IMG/VR virus record: IMGVR_UViG_3300020420_000721 | Coordinates: 1 to 64,000 of that record | Length of the DNA: 64,000 bases | DNA from: a virus | Reading direction: 5' to 3' (one strand) | Shown here: positions 34,917-44,046 of the stretch, one piece after another | How the letters are laid out: every line of letters starts with the position of its first letter | Numbering within the stretch: the first letter of the stretch is position 1 | The notes under the pieces: model-generated | Told to the model about the DNA's origin: nothing | Seen by the model: the letters and a program-made list of their open reading frames with translations, nothing else | Databases searched by the model: none | Made by a program: the position numbers and the translations under genes

Positions 34917-36015
34917 TAACGTTTCCTTCTGTTAAGTTTTCAGGAGCCTCCTCCTGAGGCATCGCATCTTGTATTTCTTCAGGTTGTTTATTCCATTCTT
35001 CCATCATAGTATCTAAAATACCATCTTCATTTAAAGATAATGCTTTACGGAATTTAGCAGTAGCTTCTCCTGTTACTGGACTGGTATATTCTAAACGATT
35101 TCCTGTTTTCTTTAGAATACCTTTTGCTTCAAAGAAATCTACAAGTCCACTATAAGGACTCATTCCAGTTTCATAAGGAATTTCAACCTGTACACTTTCA
35201 AAAGGTTTAGAATATCTTGTTTTCATAACTTTACAAGCCGCTCTAATACCTTTTACATCAGTTGTTTTGTTACCATCTGCATCGATTTTTAATTTAAGTT
35301 TTCGCATTGCAATAACAATACTTGATGCATAGATAAATCCTTGTCCACCTGATATTTTATCATCTGGATCAAACATATCTTGCGAAGCATATGTATGATT
35401 AGTTGCTACAAGACCTACATTAAATTCACCAAACATATTAACACAATTTCTTACAAGTGCGGTTAGTGCTTTAGGTTTTCTACCCATATCACCTTTTAAA
35501 TCACCTTTTCCAAACTGATCAACATCTGTTGGCGTTAATAACATACCTAATGAATCAACTACAAATAAAACTTTTGGACGATCTTCATTTGGTTTCTCTG
35601 CATATTCTGCTTTATAGTCTTTCATAAAGTCTGAAATAACTTTTGCAACATCATCTATCATTGCTAGATTAAGTTTAAGAAGTTTCTTTTCATCTGTATC
35701 AACTTGTAAAGCATGAAGCCATTTTTCATCAAGGGCATTTTCACTATCAATTAGTACAACAAAAATTCCTTGATCTTGTGCATTTTTAACAATATTACCA
35801 GCCGCAATAAAACTTTTACCTGCTCCTGATTCTCCTGCAAGTACTGTTACCTTACCTAAAGGAATACCTTTATTAAAATCATTACTAACTAGTTTATTAA
35901 GTGTATAATTACCTGTGTTTATCCATGTATCTGGATCATTGAAGCCAACACTAAGACCAGGCACTGCCTTAGTAATGCTTTTTCTAAACTTACTTACATC
36001 GAATGGTTTTACCAT
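34903..36015 (-). CDS. uvsX: RecA-like recombinase UvsX
   Basis: AGESGAGKS, IDSENA, VVDSLG, NHTY, GGQG..YASS. Confidence 0.93.
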   Translation of the reverse strand: MVKPFDVSKFRKSITKAVPGLSVGFNDPDTWINTGNYTLNKLVSNDFNKGIPLGKVTVLAGESGAGKSFIAAGNIVKNAQDQGIFVVLIDSENALDEKWLHALQVDTDEKKLLKLNLAMIDDVAKVISDFMKDYKAEYAEKPNEDRPKVLFVVDSLGMLLTPTDVDQFGKGDLKGDMGRKPKALTALVRNCVNMFGEFNVGLVATNHTYASQDMFDPDDKISGGQGFIYASSIVIAMRKLKLKIDADGNKTTDVKGIRAACKVMKTRYSKPFESVQVEIPYETGMSPYSGLVDFFEAKGILKKTGNRLEYTSPVTGEATAKFRKALSLNEDGILDTMMEEWNKQPEEIQDAMPQEEAPENLTEGNVNESE

Positions 36016-36079
36016 GTTTATTATCTCCTTCAAGTAGTAGGAGAGTGTATCTACACTCCCCTTACACTTATATTATTAA

Positions 36080-37093
36080 TTATCCTTCTTTACGTTTACG
36101 GATCATTTGTAAAATGTCCTGTGCAGATGGCTTCTCGCCACTAGCTGAAGGAGCATCAACTGCCGGTTCTACTTTTGCAGGCTGTACTGGAGCCGCTTGT
36201 GCCTCTGCTACTGGAGCAGGAGCCGCCGGAGCAACAGGTGCCGCCGGAGCAACAGGTGCCGCCTTTGGAGTAGAAGTTATAGTAGAACGTTTATTAGGAT
36301 TTTCTACACCATAAGGACGATAGAAATCTGCAAAACGTTCTGGATCATATAATTGACCATCTACAGATGCTTCAAACATTTCAAAAATAGCATTAAGCTC
36401 TTCTGCATTTGGTTTCTTAGGAAGATAATCGTTAAGAGTAAACAACCCGTGTGCATTAATAGCATCACGTTCTGTTTGATCTAAACTTCTCTCCTTACGA
36501 GACCAGTTTGAAGTACTGTAATCAGCATATTGACCTTTAGTAGACTTTATAACTTTAAAGTCTGTACCTGCGTCATAGTCTGTTGGAATTTCTGGGAAGT
36601 CTGGGTCCATCAGTGCTTGAGAAATAATTTTAAAGATTTGTGGACTAATAACAAACCTACGAATTGGATTTTCAGGAACTGTATCTTCTTGAAGTTCACT
36701 GTTAACCACAAAACCTTGGAAGATATAAGATCTCTTCTTCCAATATTTACGACCCATGTCCTCTAGTTTAGGATCTTTAAACCATGGACGAATTTCGGCG
36801 TGTACTGGACACTGATCATTCCACATTTCTACACATGGAACTTGAACAGTTACAGGACGAGATTCCTCGCCACCTTTAACACCTGGGAATTCTAATCGAA
36901 TCATCTGACGCTCTTTCCAAAAGAAAGTATTATTTTCGTCTGCGTCAGGTAAAAAACGCACCACTGCGTTTGTACCTTCTGGAATATTCCAGTGAGGGAA
37001 AATAGCTTTATCGTTGCTATTGTTAGAACTTTTACGTTCTGAACGGGTTTCTTGCTCGAGCAGTTTAGCTCGAATTTCACTTAGAGTAGCCAT
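36080..37093 (-). CDS. Single-stranded DNA-binding protein (gp32-like)
   Basis: VRFLP, C..CP, YWKK, YADYSTS; upstream of uvsX/uvsY. Confidence 0.85.
   Translation of the reverse strand: MATLSEIRAKLLEQETRSERKSSNNSNDKAIFPHWNIPEGTNAVVRFLPDADENNTFFWKERQMIRLEFPGVKGGEESRPVTVQVPCVEMWNDQCPVHAEIRPWFKDPKLEDMGRKYWKKRSYIFQGFVVNSELQEDTVPENPIRRFVISPQIFKIISQALMDPDFPEIPTDYDAGTDFKVIKSTKGQYADYSTSNWSRKERSLDQTERDAINAHGLFTLNDYLPKKPNAEELNAIFEMFEASVDGQLYDPERFADFYRPYGVENPNKRSTITSTPKAAPVAPAAPVAPAAPAPVAEAQAAPVQPAKVEPAVDAPSASGEKPSAQDILQMIRKRKEG
36222..36263 (+). repeat. 18-bp tandem repeat (about 2.3 copies) in the SSB Ala/Pro linker
   Basis: GCCGCCGGAGCAACAGGT x2 + GCCGCC. Confidence 0.9.
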
Positions 37094-37169
37094 AAATTTT
37101 CTCCTTTAATAGCCTATAATAGTATATAACAATCTCTTGATTGTAGTATTTGCCTTTGTTAGCCTTTAC

Positions 37170-37197
37170 AGTATATAGTTTTTTTGCCTACTGTCAA
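37170..37197 (-). promoter_or_regulatory. Sigma70 promoter of SSB-uvsX-uvsY
   Basis: TTGACA-N16-TATACT. Confidence 0.7.
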
Positions 37198-38450
37198 GCA
37201 ATTTTTTTGTATATATTTGCTTCTACAATTGACTCAATTGCAGATTCTTGCTTTTTTCTGCCAGTTACCTTAGAATTATTTCTAAGATACTTAACAATTT
37301 TTACCACAAACTTCTGTTCTTTAGGATTCATGTCCCCAAAGTCAGACGACATTTGTGCTAAACCGTTTGATAGTCCATCGTTTTTAGTGTTATCACCTAA
37401 AAAGCTGATCATAGCAACCATTTTTGCATATTCACCCATTGGACCACTGTACTTTACAGGATCTTCATTATTCGGATGGTCTGGATCATTGACATCATAT
37501 GTAATTCCTAGATCTTCTTTTCTGTTGATAATATCTACAATACGTTGTAAGTTCTCTCTACGTAATTCAGCCATTTTGTCAGCCTCTGCAACAATTATAC
37601 CAACTCTGTCAAGGACTTTAGCAAAATCCTCTTTAGTAAACGTATTATATAAGAATTTGTCCTGTATGTCAACACCTTTTTCATCTTTTTCTTCATTAAC
37701 TTCAAAAGAGCTATATCCTCTTTGTGTTGATAAGTTATCAATGCTATGTTTTAAGTTGCTGTATTTTGTTTTCACTGCATCTACGATATCTTCATTTGTC
37801 TCATTTACTAGTTTATTTGTTCTTACGTGTCTTAAAAACTTATTTAGATCTGCAATTTCTTCACACATTGCAAGAATAGAAGTTCCTTTTTCATCATAGG
37901 GTGTACCACCATTACTTACGTGTGTTGTCATTGCTTTAGCACCACTCATATACTTGAATGGAAACTTAAATTTTTCACCCTGTGAGTTTTCAATAAACAA
38001 AGAATGTATGTTACGACTACGTGAGCCTTTAACCTCTTCGTCAACTGTTTTTGTATGTTTAATTATTAATTTTGTTGCATTTGGAAATTGTCTATAACTA
38101 GTCTTTGTTGATCCAAATGCAGGACCAAAGCCTTCAGCAACAAAGTCTTTTGGTTCAATTTTTTTATTAAATTTTCTCACAGTAAACTCTCCTAAATTTT
38201 TGTGTGCAACCTTTTTTAAGATATTAAGTAAATCTTGGTTACTTGTAAAGTCATAATCTTGGCCGCCTTGTGCAAGTACTTCTATATCTGTACCTTCAGT
38301 ACGAATAGTGATCATTAAATCCTGATCATAAGCATAGAAACGTGTAGCTAATGCAGGGTCTGTTACAGATTGCCCATTTGTATCATATAGCTTAATTTTA
38401 TACTTTTTACCTTTTAGTATATTAAATATTTCTTTGCTTATTTCTTCCAT
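37194..38450 (-). CDS. Hypothetical late protein, probably head-associated
   Basis: 418 aa; TATAAATA and AAGGAG upstream. Confidence 0.65.
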   Translation of the reverse strand: MEEISKEIFNILKGKKYKIKLYDTNGQSVTDPALATRFYAYDQDLMITIRTEGTDIEVLAQGGQDYDFTSNQDLLNILKKVAHKNLGEFTVRKFNKKIEPKDFVAEGFGPAFGSTKTSYRQFPNATKLIIKHTKTVDEEVKGSRSRNIHSLFIENSQGEKFKFPFKYMSGAKAMTTHVSNGGTPYDEKGTSILAMCEEIADLNKFLRHVRTNKLVNETNEDIVDAVKTKYSNLKHSIDNLSTQRGYSSFEVNEEKDEKGVDIQDKFLYNTFTKEDFAKVLDRVGIIVAEADKMAELRRENLQRIVDIINRKEDLGITYDVNDPDHPNNEDPVKYSGPMGEYAKMVAMISFLGDNTKNDGLSNGLAQMSSDFGDMNPKEQKFVVKIVKYLRNNSKVTGRKKQESAIESIVEANIYKKIA

Positions 38451-38485
38451 TGCACTCTCCTTGTATCGTATTTATACAAAACTGC

Positions 38486-40048
38486 TCAAATAAGCATCGG
38501 CATAGGATCTATATAGTCATCATCATCGCCCTCACCGTCATTTAACAAAGAATTATAACTTCCTTCATCATATTTTGCAGTTTCATGGGCCATTCTAACT
38601 ATTAATACCAAAGCCATAACCAAATCATCAGTTTCACCTTCCTTGGCCGCATAACTATTTCCCCTAGCTATAAATGTCTTAATTTCACGTAAAAGATTTT
38701 TACTTGCTACTTCAATTTTACTTGTTTCTATCCAATGTTTCATTTTTGAACAAGCTGATATTTTAGATTTGTGTGTTGTAGTGAATCCTCTTCTATTTAG
38801 ACTAGGTCTTCCTTTTCTTTTAGGTTCTGACAAAAATGTTCCGTATATATTGTCTTCACCAAGTTCGTCAATTACTACTAATGCCGCTTCTCCTAGTGTA
38901 TTGTTTTCAACACTGTAGTATATTTCAGCTTTTCCATCTGTTTCATCATTAATATATTTACATAGCTGTTGAATTATTCTAACTTGTCTTTGTACTGGTG
39001 TCCTATTATGTTGCCATTCTGCTACTTGTTTCATAGAAGGTAATTCATAAACTTGTAGAGCCGCATAGTCTCCACCTGTACCTAAACTTGGATCAAGAGC
39101 TACCAAATATATTGCTCCTGGCTCTGGATTCTTATACCATCTTATTTCACCATGTTTAGCAATAGGATCTCTTCCTTGCATATTTGATAATTTTATACTA
39201 TCAACTAGAGTTTCATCAAATGCAATAAATTCATTTAAGTGTTCACGTCTAAATCTTTCTTCACCAATTTTACCACGCTCTTCATCTGCCCATTCCTGAT
39301 CTCTATCTGGATGCTGTTTCCAATCTGCTGAAAATGCCTTAAATCCATTTCTACCTAATTTTACATTATTGCCGTGATCATCAATAGTCCTATTTGCATC
39401 ACGCCAAATCTGTGCAAACTGATCATCGTCCTGATTGGGAGTACTTGTAATAATACATTTACCACCTGTACTTAATGTTGGAGAAAGTGAGGTCCAAAAT
39501 TCTCTGGCTATATTAGGTCTAACGAATGCAAACTCATCTAGATATGCTAATGAAATAGATAAACCTCTACCAGTATTTTCTGTTGTTGCTTGTGAAATAA
39601 TACGTGAACCGTTATCAAATTCTAAACTTCCTTTATTGTAACTTGTAACACCGGCACGTATAAAGTTTGGTAGAGTTTCATATGCAAATCTTATACGTTG
39701 CATAATTTCCTGAGCACCTGAATATTTGTGTGCCGCTATAAGAATAGTTTGATCAGGATTAAACATAGCATACCATAATAGATATCCAGCCGCCGCTGTT
39801 GACTTTCCCATTTGTCTAGAAATAAGAGCAATGCTATATTTGTTATCGTGATATGTATCTACTAATCCTCTTTGAAAATCAAATAGATCAAATTTCATAC
39901 GCCCTTTTGTTGGGTGTTGAATATAACAATACTTTGTAAGGAAATATTTTGGATCTTTAGCACATTTGGCTATTTCTTCAATATCCTGTTTTGTATATTG
40001 TTCTTTTGTATATGGTGCTTTTGTTAATTTTGTATCTTGTGTACTCAT
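38486..40048 (-). CDS. terL: Terminase large subunit (gp17-like)
   Basis: SRQMGKS, YLDEFAF, TSTP, ALDPSLG..DY, DDLVMA. Confidence 0.95.
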   Translation of the reverse strand: MSTQDTKLTKAPYTKEQYTKQDIEEIAKCAKDPKYFLTKYCYIQHPTKGRMKFDLFDFQRGLVDTYHDNKYSIALISRQMGKSTAAAGYLLWYAMFNPDQTILIAAHKYSGAQEIMQRIRFAYETLPNFIRAGVTSYNKGSLEFDNGSRIISQATTENTGRGLSISLAYLDEFAFVRPNIAREFWTSLSPTLSTGGKCIITSTPNQDDDQFAQIWRDANRTIDDHGNNVKLGRNGFKAFSADWKQHPDRDQEWADEERGKIGEERFRREHLNEFIAFDETLVDSIKLSNMQGRDPIAKHGEIRWYKNPEPGAIYLVALDPSLGTGGDYAALQVYELPSMKQVAEWQHNRTPVQRQVRIIQQLCKYINDETDGKAEIYYSVENNTLGEAALVVIDELGEDNIYGTFLSEPKRKGRPSLNRRGFTTTHKSKISACSKMKHWIETSKIEVASKNLLREIKTFIARGNSYAAKEGETDDLVMALVLIVRMAHETAKYDEGSYNSLLNDGEGDDDDYIDPMPMLI

Positions 40049-40075
40049 ATGTTTACCATTAATTATCTATAGTTA

Positions 40076-40123
40076 TATTTATACATCATGAAAATGGCGT
40101 TGTCAACCGAAGTTAACAACGCC
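40076..40123 (-). terminator. UUCG hairpin terminator followed by TATAAATA late promoter for terL
   Basis: GGCGTTGTTAAC-TTCG-GTTGACAACGCC (40096-40123); TATAAATA at 40076-40083. Confidence 0.7.
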
Positions 40124-40135
40124 TGTGCCTGGGGA

Positions 40136-41146
40136 TTATTTTTGAGATTCGTTTTTCTTAGCCTCGTATGCCGCTTTCATATTATCAACTGTATGTGTTG
40201 CTTCTTTAATTTGAACGCCCATATCTTTAGCTTTTAAATATTTTTTTAAACTTAAATTTACTGCTTGAGCAAATTCATAGTTATCTTCGCCGCCATGAAC
40301 TCTAGGCTCAATTTCACCTACGCCTGCAGGTGTATTAGCCCATTCGTCAAGTTTTTTATTAATTTGTTCTTCGTTCATTCCTGCGTTTTTTAATAGTGTA
40401 ATTAGTTGTGTTGTATCCATTGTTGGTGCCTCTTCAATTGTTTCGGAATCAGTTTTTTCTTCAACTGCTTCTGATTTTGTTTTATCACCAGTAACTTTAT
40501 ATTTTTTACCGTCGATTTCAAACTCATCTTTACCAGCATCAATAGCATCTTGTCTAGCTTTAGCAAACTCATTACCTTCTTCAACATCTTCTTCTGGTAA
40601 TACTTCTTCAGCTGGTGCTTCACTTTCACTTGTTTCCATTTCAATATACTTGTCGCACATATCTGGATCAACGCCATACTTTTCACAAGCCTGATCGTGT
40701 GCGTCTTCTGGTTCCATACCTTTGTCAACTAAATCCATTTTCATTTTTGAAATCATAGGATATACTTTTGCAATTTCATGATATTGATCAATGTCTGATT
40801 CGTTTGCAAGTTCTTCTGCTTCTGCTTCTACTTCTACAGCTTCTTCTGGATTTTCTACTCCATTACCAAAATCATGAACTCTACGATACTCGTCTACAAA
40901 GTCCTTAATTGTATCACCATCTAAATATCTAATTAGATCACTGTATACTGGATGCTCTGCTTCACAACCTAATTCATCACATAAATCATAAATTGGATCT
41001 GCAAATTTACCTACTGCTTCAGTAGCTGGTGCTTCTGCAGGGATACCTGTATCTTTTAATTCTCTCTCGCTAGTCTCTTCTTTTGCCACCTCATTATTGT
41101 CAGCAACAAGACCAGCAAGTGTTTTAATTCTATTTGTTTCCATCAT
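40136..41146 (-). CDS. Acidic prohead core/internal protein
   Basis: E-rich; several I/V-x-E sites; AGKDEFEIDGKKYKV. Confidence 0.6.
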   Translation of the reverse strand: MMETNRIKTLAGLVADNNEVAKEETSERELKDTGIPAEAPATEAVGKFADPIYDLCDELGCEAEHPVYSDLIRYLDGDTIKDFVDEYRRVHDFGNGVENPEEAVEVEAEAEELANESDIDQYHEIAKVYPMISKMKMDLVDKGMEPEDAHDQACEKYGVDPDMCDKYIEMETSESEAPAEEVLPEEDVEEGNEFAKARQDAIDAGKDEFEIDGKKYKVTGDKTKSEAVEEKTDSETIEEAPTMDTTQLITLLKNAGMNEEQINKKLDEWANTPAGVGEIEPRVHGGEDNYEFAQAVNLSLKKYLKAKDMGVQIKEATHTVDNMKAAYEAKKNESQK

Positions 41147-41627
41147 TGCCTTTTTCCTTTTCTTTGCGTAGCTTTAATAATTCTTGAACGAATGAAGTAT
41201 TATACTTGTCACCGTAAAAGTCGTCGGTCTTTACTTTTTCTGCATCAGAGTATTCGTCATCTTCAAGAACTGATTTAGCTTCTTTGTCGGTAGCAGGTTG
41301 TTCGTCTGGCTCATGTGCGCCACGAACTTTCATCAAACCATCACCTATACCAATTAGTTTTTTTAATTCTTCTTGTATTTGAAATGCACTAGCTGGTAAT
41401 GCTGTAGAAAATTCAATTACTTGAATTTCAATTCCACGCATTGTTGGGAAATCTTTATGTTCGCTCTGTAACATAAGTTTTTTAGGTGCTGAAAACTTTT
41501 GTACATCATACTTTAACAAGTGTCTTTCAATTCTATCTACTTGTTCGTCTGTACATCCTTTTGCAATTTTGATACGAAAATCGTATGTATGTTTTGCTTC
41601 TTTTAAATATTGTTTATATGACTTCAT
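41130..41627 (-). CDS. Putative internal head protein with capsid-targeting leader
   Basis: MKSYKQYLKE-A resembles the T4 capsid-targeting sequence MKTYQEFIAE. Confidence 0.6.
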   Translation of the reverse strand: MKSYKQYLKEAKHTYDFRIKIAKGCTDEQVDRIERHLLKYDVQKFSAPKKLMLQSEHKDFPTMRGIEIQVIEFSTALPASAFQIQEELKKLIGIGDGLMKVRGAHEPDEQPATDKEAKSVLEDDEYSDAEKVKTDDFYGDKYNTSFVQELLKLRKEKEKGNDGNK

Positions 41628-41648
41628 AATATGGTTCTCCCGACAATA

Positions 41649-42197
41649 CTATTTATCGTCTTCCTTAATTTTGGACATGATTTCGTTCACAAGGGACGTT
41701 CTATCGCCCATTAATTGCCCGTCTACGATGTCTACCGTCTCATCTTTTACATCTAATTTAGCATCTGTACGTCTAGTCTCTAATTCTATCTTTGCTTGAC
41801 GTTGCTGAAGCTCTAACATCTTTAATTTTTTATCAATTTTAGCTTGTTTAGCTTGTAATGCTCCGTTTAACATTTTGCTGGCACTATCAAATATAGGCCC
41901 TGCGTGTCTATCCTCAACGTTTCTACCTAAATCAACTAAATCTTCAAATGTTTCCATTGCTTTTTTAGCATATTCATCCATCTCACGTTCTAATGTATCT
42001 AGTCCTTTGACTACTGGTAATGCTATATCAACTCTTTCTGATACTGCTAATTCGTTATTGATAGTTTCTATTTCTCTCTTAGAGTCTTCAACTGTTTTTT
42101 CTTCTACCTCATTATCCTTTGATTTTTCTTCTAAATCTTTAGGATCAATATTTTCTATTGGAGGTAAGTTAAATTCATCTTCTAATTTTTTTGTCAT
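41649..42197 (-). CDS. Putative terminase small subunit (gp16-like)
   Basis: Helical hairpin/coiled coil near terL. Confidence 0.45.
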   Translation of the reverse strand: MTKKLEDEFNLPPIENIDPKDLEEKSKDNEVEEKTVEDSKREIETINNELAVSERVDIALPVVKGLDTLEREMDEYAKKAMETFEDLVDLGRNVEDRHAGPIFDSASKMLNGALQAKQAKIDKKLKMLELQQRQAKIELETRRTDAKLDVKDETVDIVDGQLMGDRTSLVNEIMSKIKEDDK

Positions 42198-42640
42198 TAC
42201 TTCTTCCTCTTACTGTTTTGAGGTTTATTAAATATTTCTCTTTCCGTTAAAACACGAAAACCTAAACCATGTTTTCTACACCACGCTCTGGCCGCCTCCC
42301 ATTTAGCTTGATTTAAAACAGCCGCCATTTTTTGTTGTTGAGTTTTAGCTTCTCCTAGTATCTGTTTACTTGGTTTTATCTCAACCATTTCAGCGTGTTT
42401 TTGTCCATCTCTATCATGATATACCATGAGTAAATCAGGAACATATCTTGAAGGTCTTCCTGTTAAAGGATTCCTATATGGAATACTATGTGTTTCACTT
42501 CCCCATCCTAATATTCCTGGATGATTATCACACATACGAAATACTGCTAATTCCCAACCTGATCTATATGTGGGTATTCCTTTTCCTATATACTTTTTAG
42601 GATTCTTAGGAGTATATCTTCCTTGTTGAAACTTTGCCAT
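42197..42640 (-). CDS. Head completion nuclease (gp4-like)
   Basis: PKNPKKY, YRSGWE, YVPD, EIKP, KWEAA. Confidence 0.9.
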   Translation of the reverse strand: MAKFQQGRYTPKNPKKYIGKGIPTYRSGWELAVFRMCDNHPGILGWGSETHSIPYRNPLTGRPSRYVPDLLMVYHDRDGQKHAEMVEIKPSKQILGEAKTQQQKMAAVLNQAKWEAARAWCRKHGLGFRVLTEREIFNKPQNSKRKK

Positions 42641-42651
42641 GTTAGTATTTA

Positions 42652-43302
42652 TTAACTTGAAATACTAGTTGGCATATTGCCAGATCTTGTTTCAATGTTA
42701 TAACCTGAATATTGTATACTTAAATTATATTGAACAAAATCACTGTTAGAATACTCTAACTGATCGTGATCTACTGAACCAATAAAAGGTTCATAGACTG
42801 TAACTACATTATGCTCGTCAGCTATATCTTGACGAAAAATTTCAATCTTCTCAAAGAAATGTTTATCAAAAGGAAGTTTATAACCTCTGTTACTTGATAT
42901 ATCTCCGGGAAATTCAAAACTATTTAAATTCTTATCTGTTGCTTTAACTGTAAAACCTTCATTATAATAATGAAGCGAATACTTTCTAATAAAATCTTCT
43001 AACCTACCATCTCTATCTTCAAGTAGTCTAATACTAATTGGTTGATAATCAACACCAGTTTGAATTGTTACTCTTCTATTATATGCGTTTAGTGTATTTG
43101 TACGAAAAGCGACACTCGGCATTTGTACCGAGGTCGCTGTTTCAAATAGTGTTGATGTATAACCACCAGTTGAGTCTAGGTGTGTAAAAGTAACTTGGTA
43201 ATTAAATTTATGCCTAGGTAAAAGTGACTGTACTTGATTGCCACCTTGAGGAGATTCACCGAAATATACACGAGTTGCATGATCTCCCAAGAACTTAGAC
43301 AC
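42652..43302 (-). CDS. Tail tube-like/baseplate tube initiator
   Basis: SVQMP, YNRR..QTGVDYQPI, QLEYS; next to tube gene. Confidence 0.7.
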   Translation of the reverse strand: MSKFLGDHATRVYFGESPQGGNQVQSLLPRHKFNYQVTFTHLDSTGGYTSTLFETATSVQMPSVAFRTNTLNAYNRRVTIQTGVDYQPISIRLLEDRDGRLEDFIRKYSLHYYNEGFTVKATDKNLNSFEFPGDISSNRGYKLPFDKHFFEKIEIFRQDIADEHNVVTVYEPFIGSVDHDQLEYSNSDFVQYNLSIQYSGYNIETRSGNMPTSISS

Positions 43303-43317
43303 CTAGTTACTCCTAAA

Positions 43318-43938
43318 TTATGCTGGTGCTCCACCAGCTGGGTTAGAACCTGTTTCATCAACCGCTACGGCTGAAAGTAAGTCAGTACTTGATCCAGTTA
43401 GTGTGTGCGATGCGTTATCGAAACGTATAGTTGCTGTAATTTGTACCATATCACTTGATGAATAGTTTAAATCACCGTATGTAATTGTTGGTATAAAACA
43501 ACCAGCTAGTGTCCATTTATCTAAAACGTTAGCGTCTTCGATTGGACCGTTAGCACCATCTAGTGTCTCGATGTGCATTGCAAATTTATAGTTACCACCT
43601 GCTTGTGGTGATGATTGAGTATTGTGGTTAACTTGTCTTGATAATTGTTTATCAAAAAGAGTTACGACATTACCATCTACGTCATCACGAAGAATAAGTG
43701 TAATATCTTGCCACGTATGTTTTCCTAACATACGAATTTTTGAGTTGTATGTATCAATTGTTACATCTTCATGGTCAATACCTGGACGTGTAATTGAAAT
43801 AACGTTAGAAGTAGCAAGGTTACCTGATGAACCTGATACACCTAAGTTTTCAAATGTTACTCTAAAACGATACTGAAGTTTAGGCATCAGTGTCGAAGAA
43901 GAACCAGTTGATAGACCAAAATTGCTAATTACTGCCAT
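43318..43938 (-). CDS. Tail tube protein (gp19-like)
   Basis: PKLQYRFRV, GKHTW, W.L.GCF, LNY; follows sheath. Confidence 0.85.
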   Translation of the reverse strand: MAVISNFGLSTGSSSTLMPKLQYRFRVTFENLGVSGSSGNLATSNVISITRPGIDHEDVTIDTYNSKIRMLGKHTWQDITLILRDDVDGNVVTLFDKQLSRQVNHNTQSSPQAGGNYKFAMHIETLDGANGPIEDANVLDKWTLAGCFIPTITYGDLNYSSSDMVQITATIRFDNASHTLTGSSTDLLSAVAVDETGSNPAGGAPA

Positions 43939-43999
43939 TGTTAATCTCCTTTTTTATTAAACAGTGTATATCTGTTATATTGTATTTATCGTTTTTGTC

Positions 44000-44036
44000 A
44001 AAAAAATAGCGGTGCCCTTATTTGGACACCGCTTTT
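44000..44036 (-). terminator. Intrinsic terminator after sheath gene
   Basis: AGCGGTG stem with U-tract. Confidence 0.7.
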
Positions 44037-44046
44037 ATATTGTATT

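Noticed and set aside
37150-37899. 249-aa plus-strand ORF and other antisense ORFs
   Set aside because: Shadows of minus-strand genes with no recognisable motifs
7629-40048. Inteins or introns in nrdA, helicase, uvsX or terminase
   Set aside because: Lengths are normal, motifs contiguous, no splice-junction or homing endonuclease signatures seen
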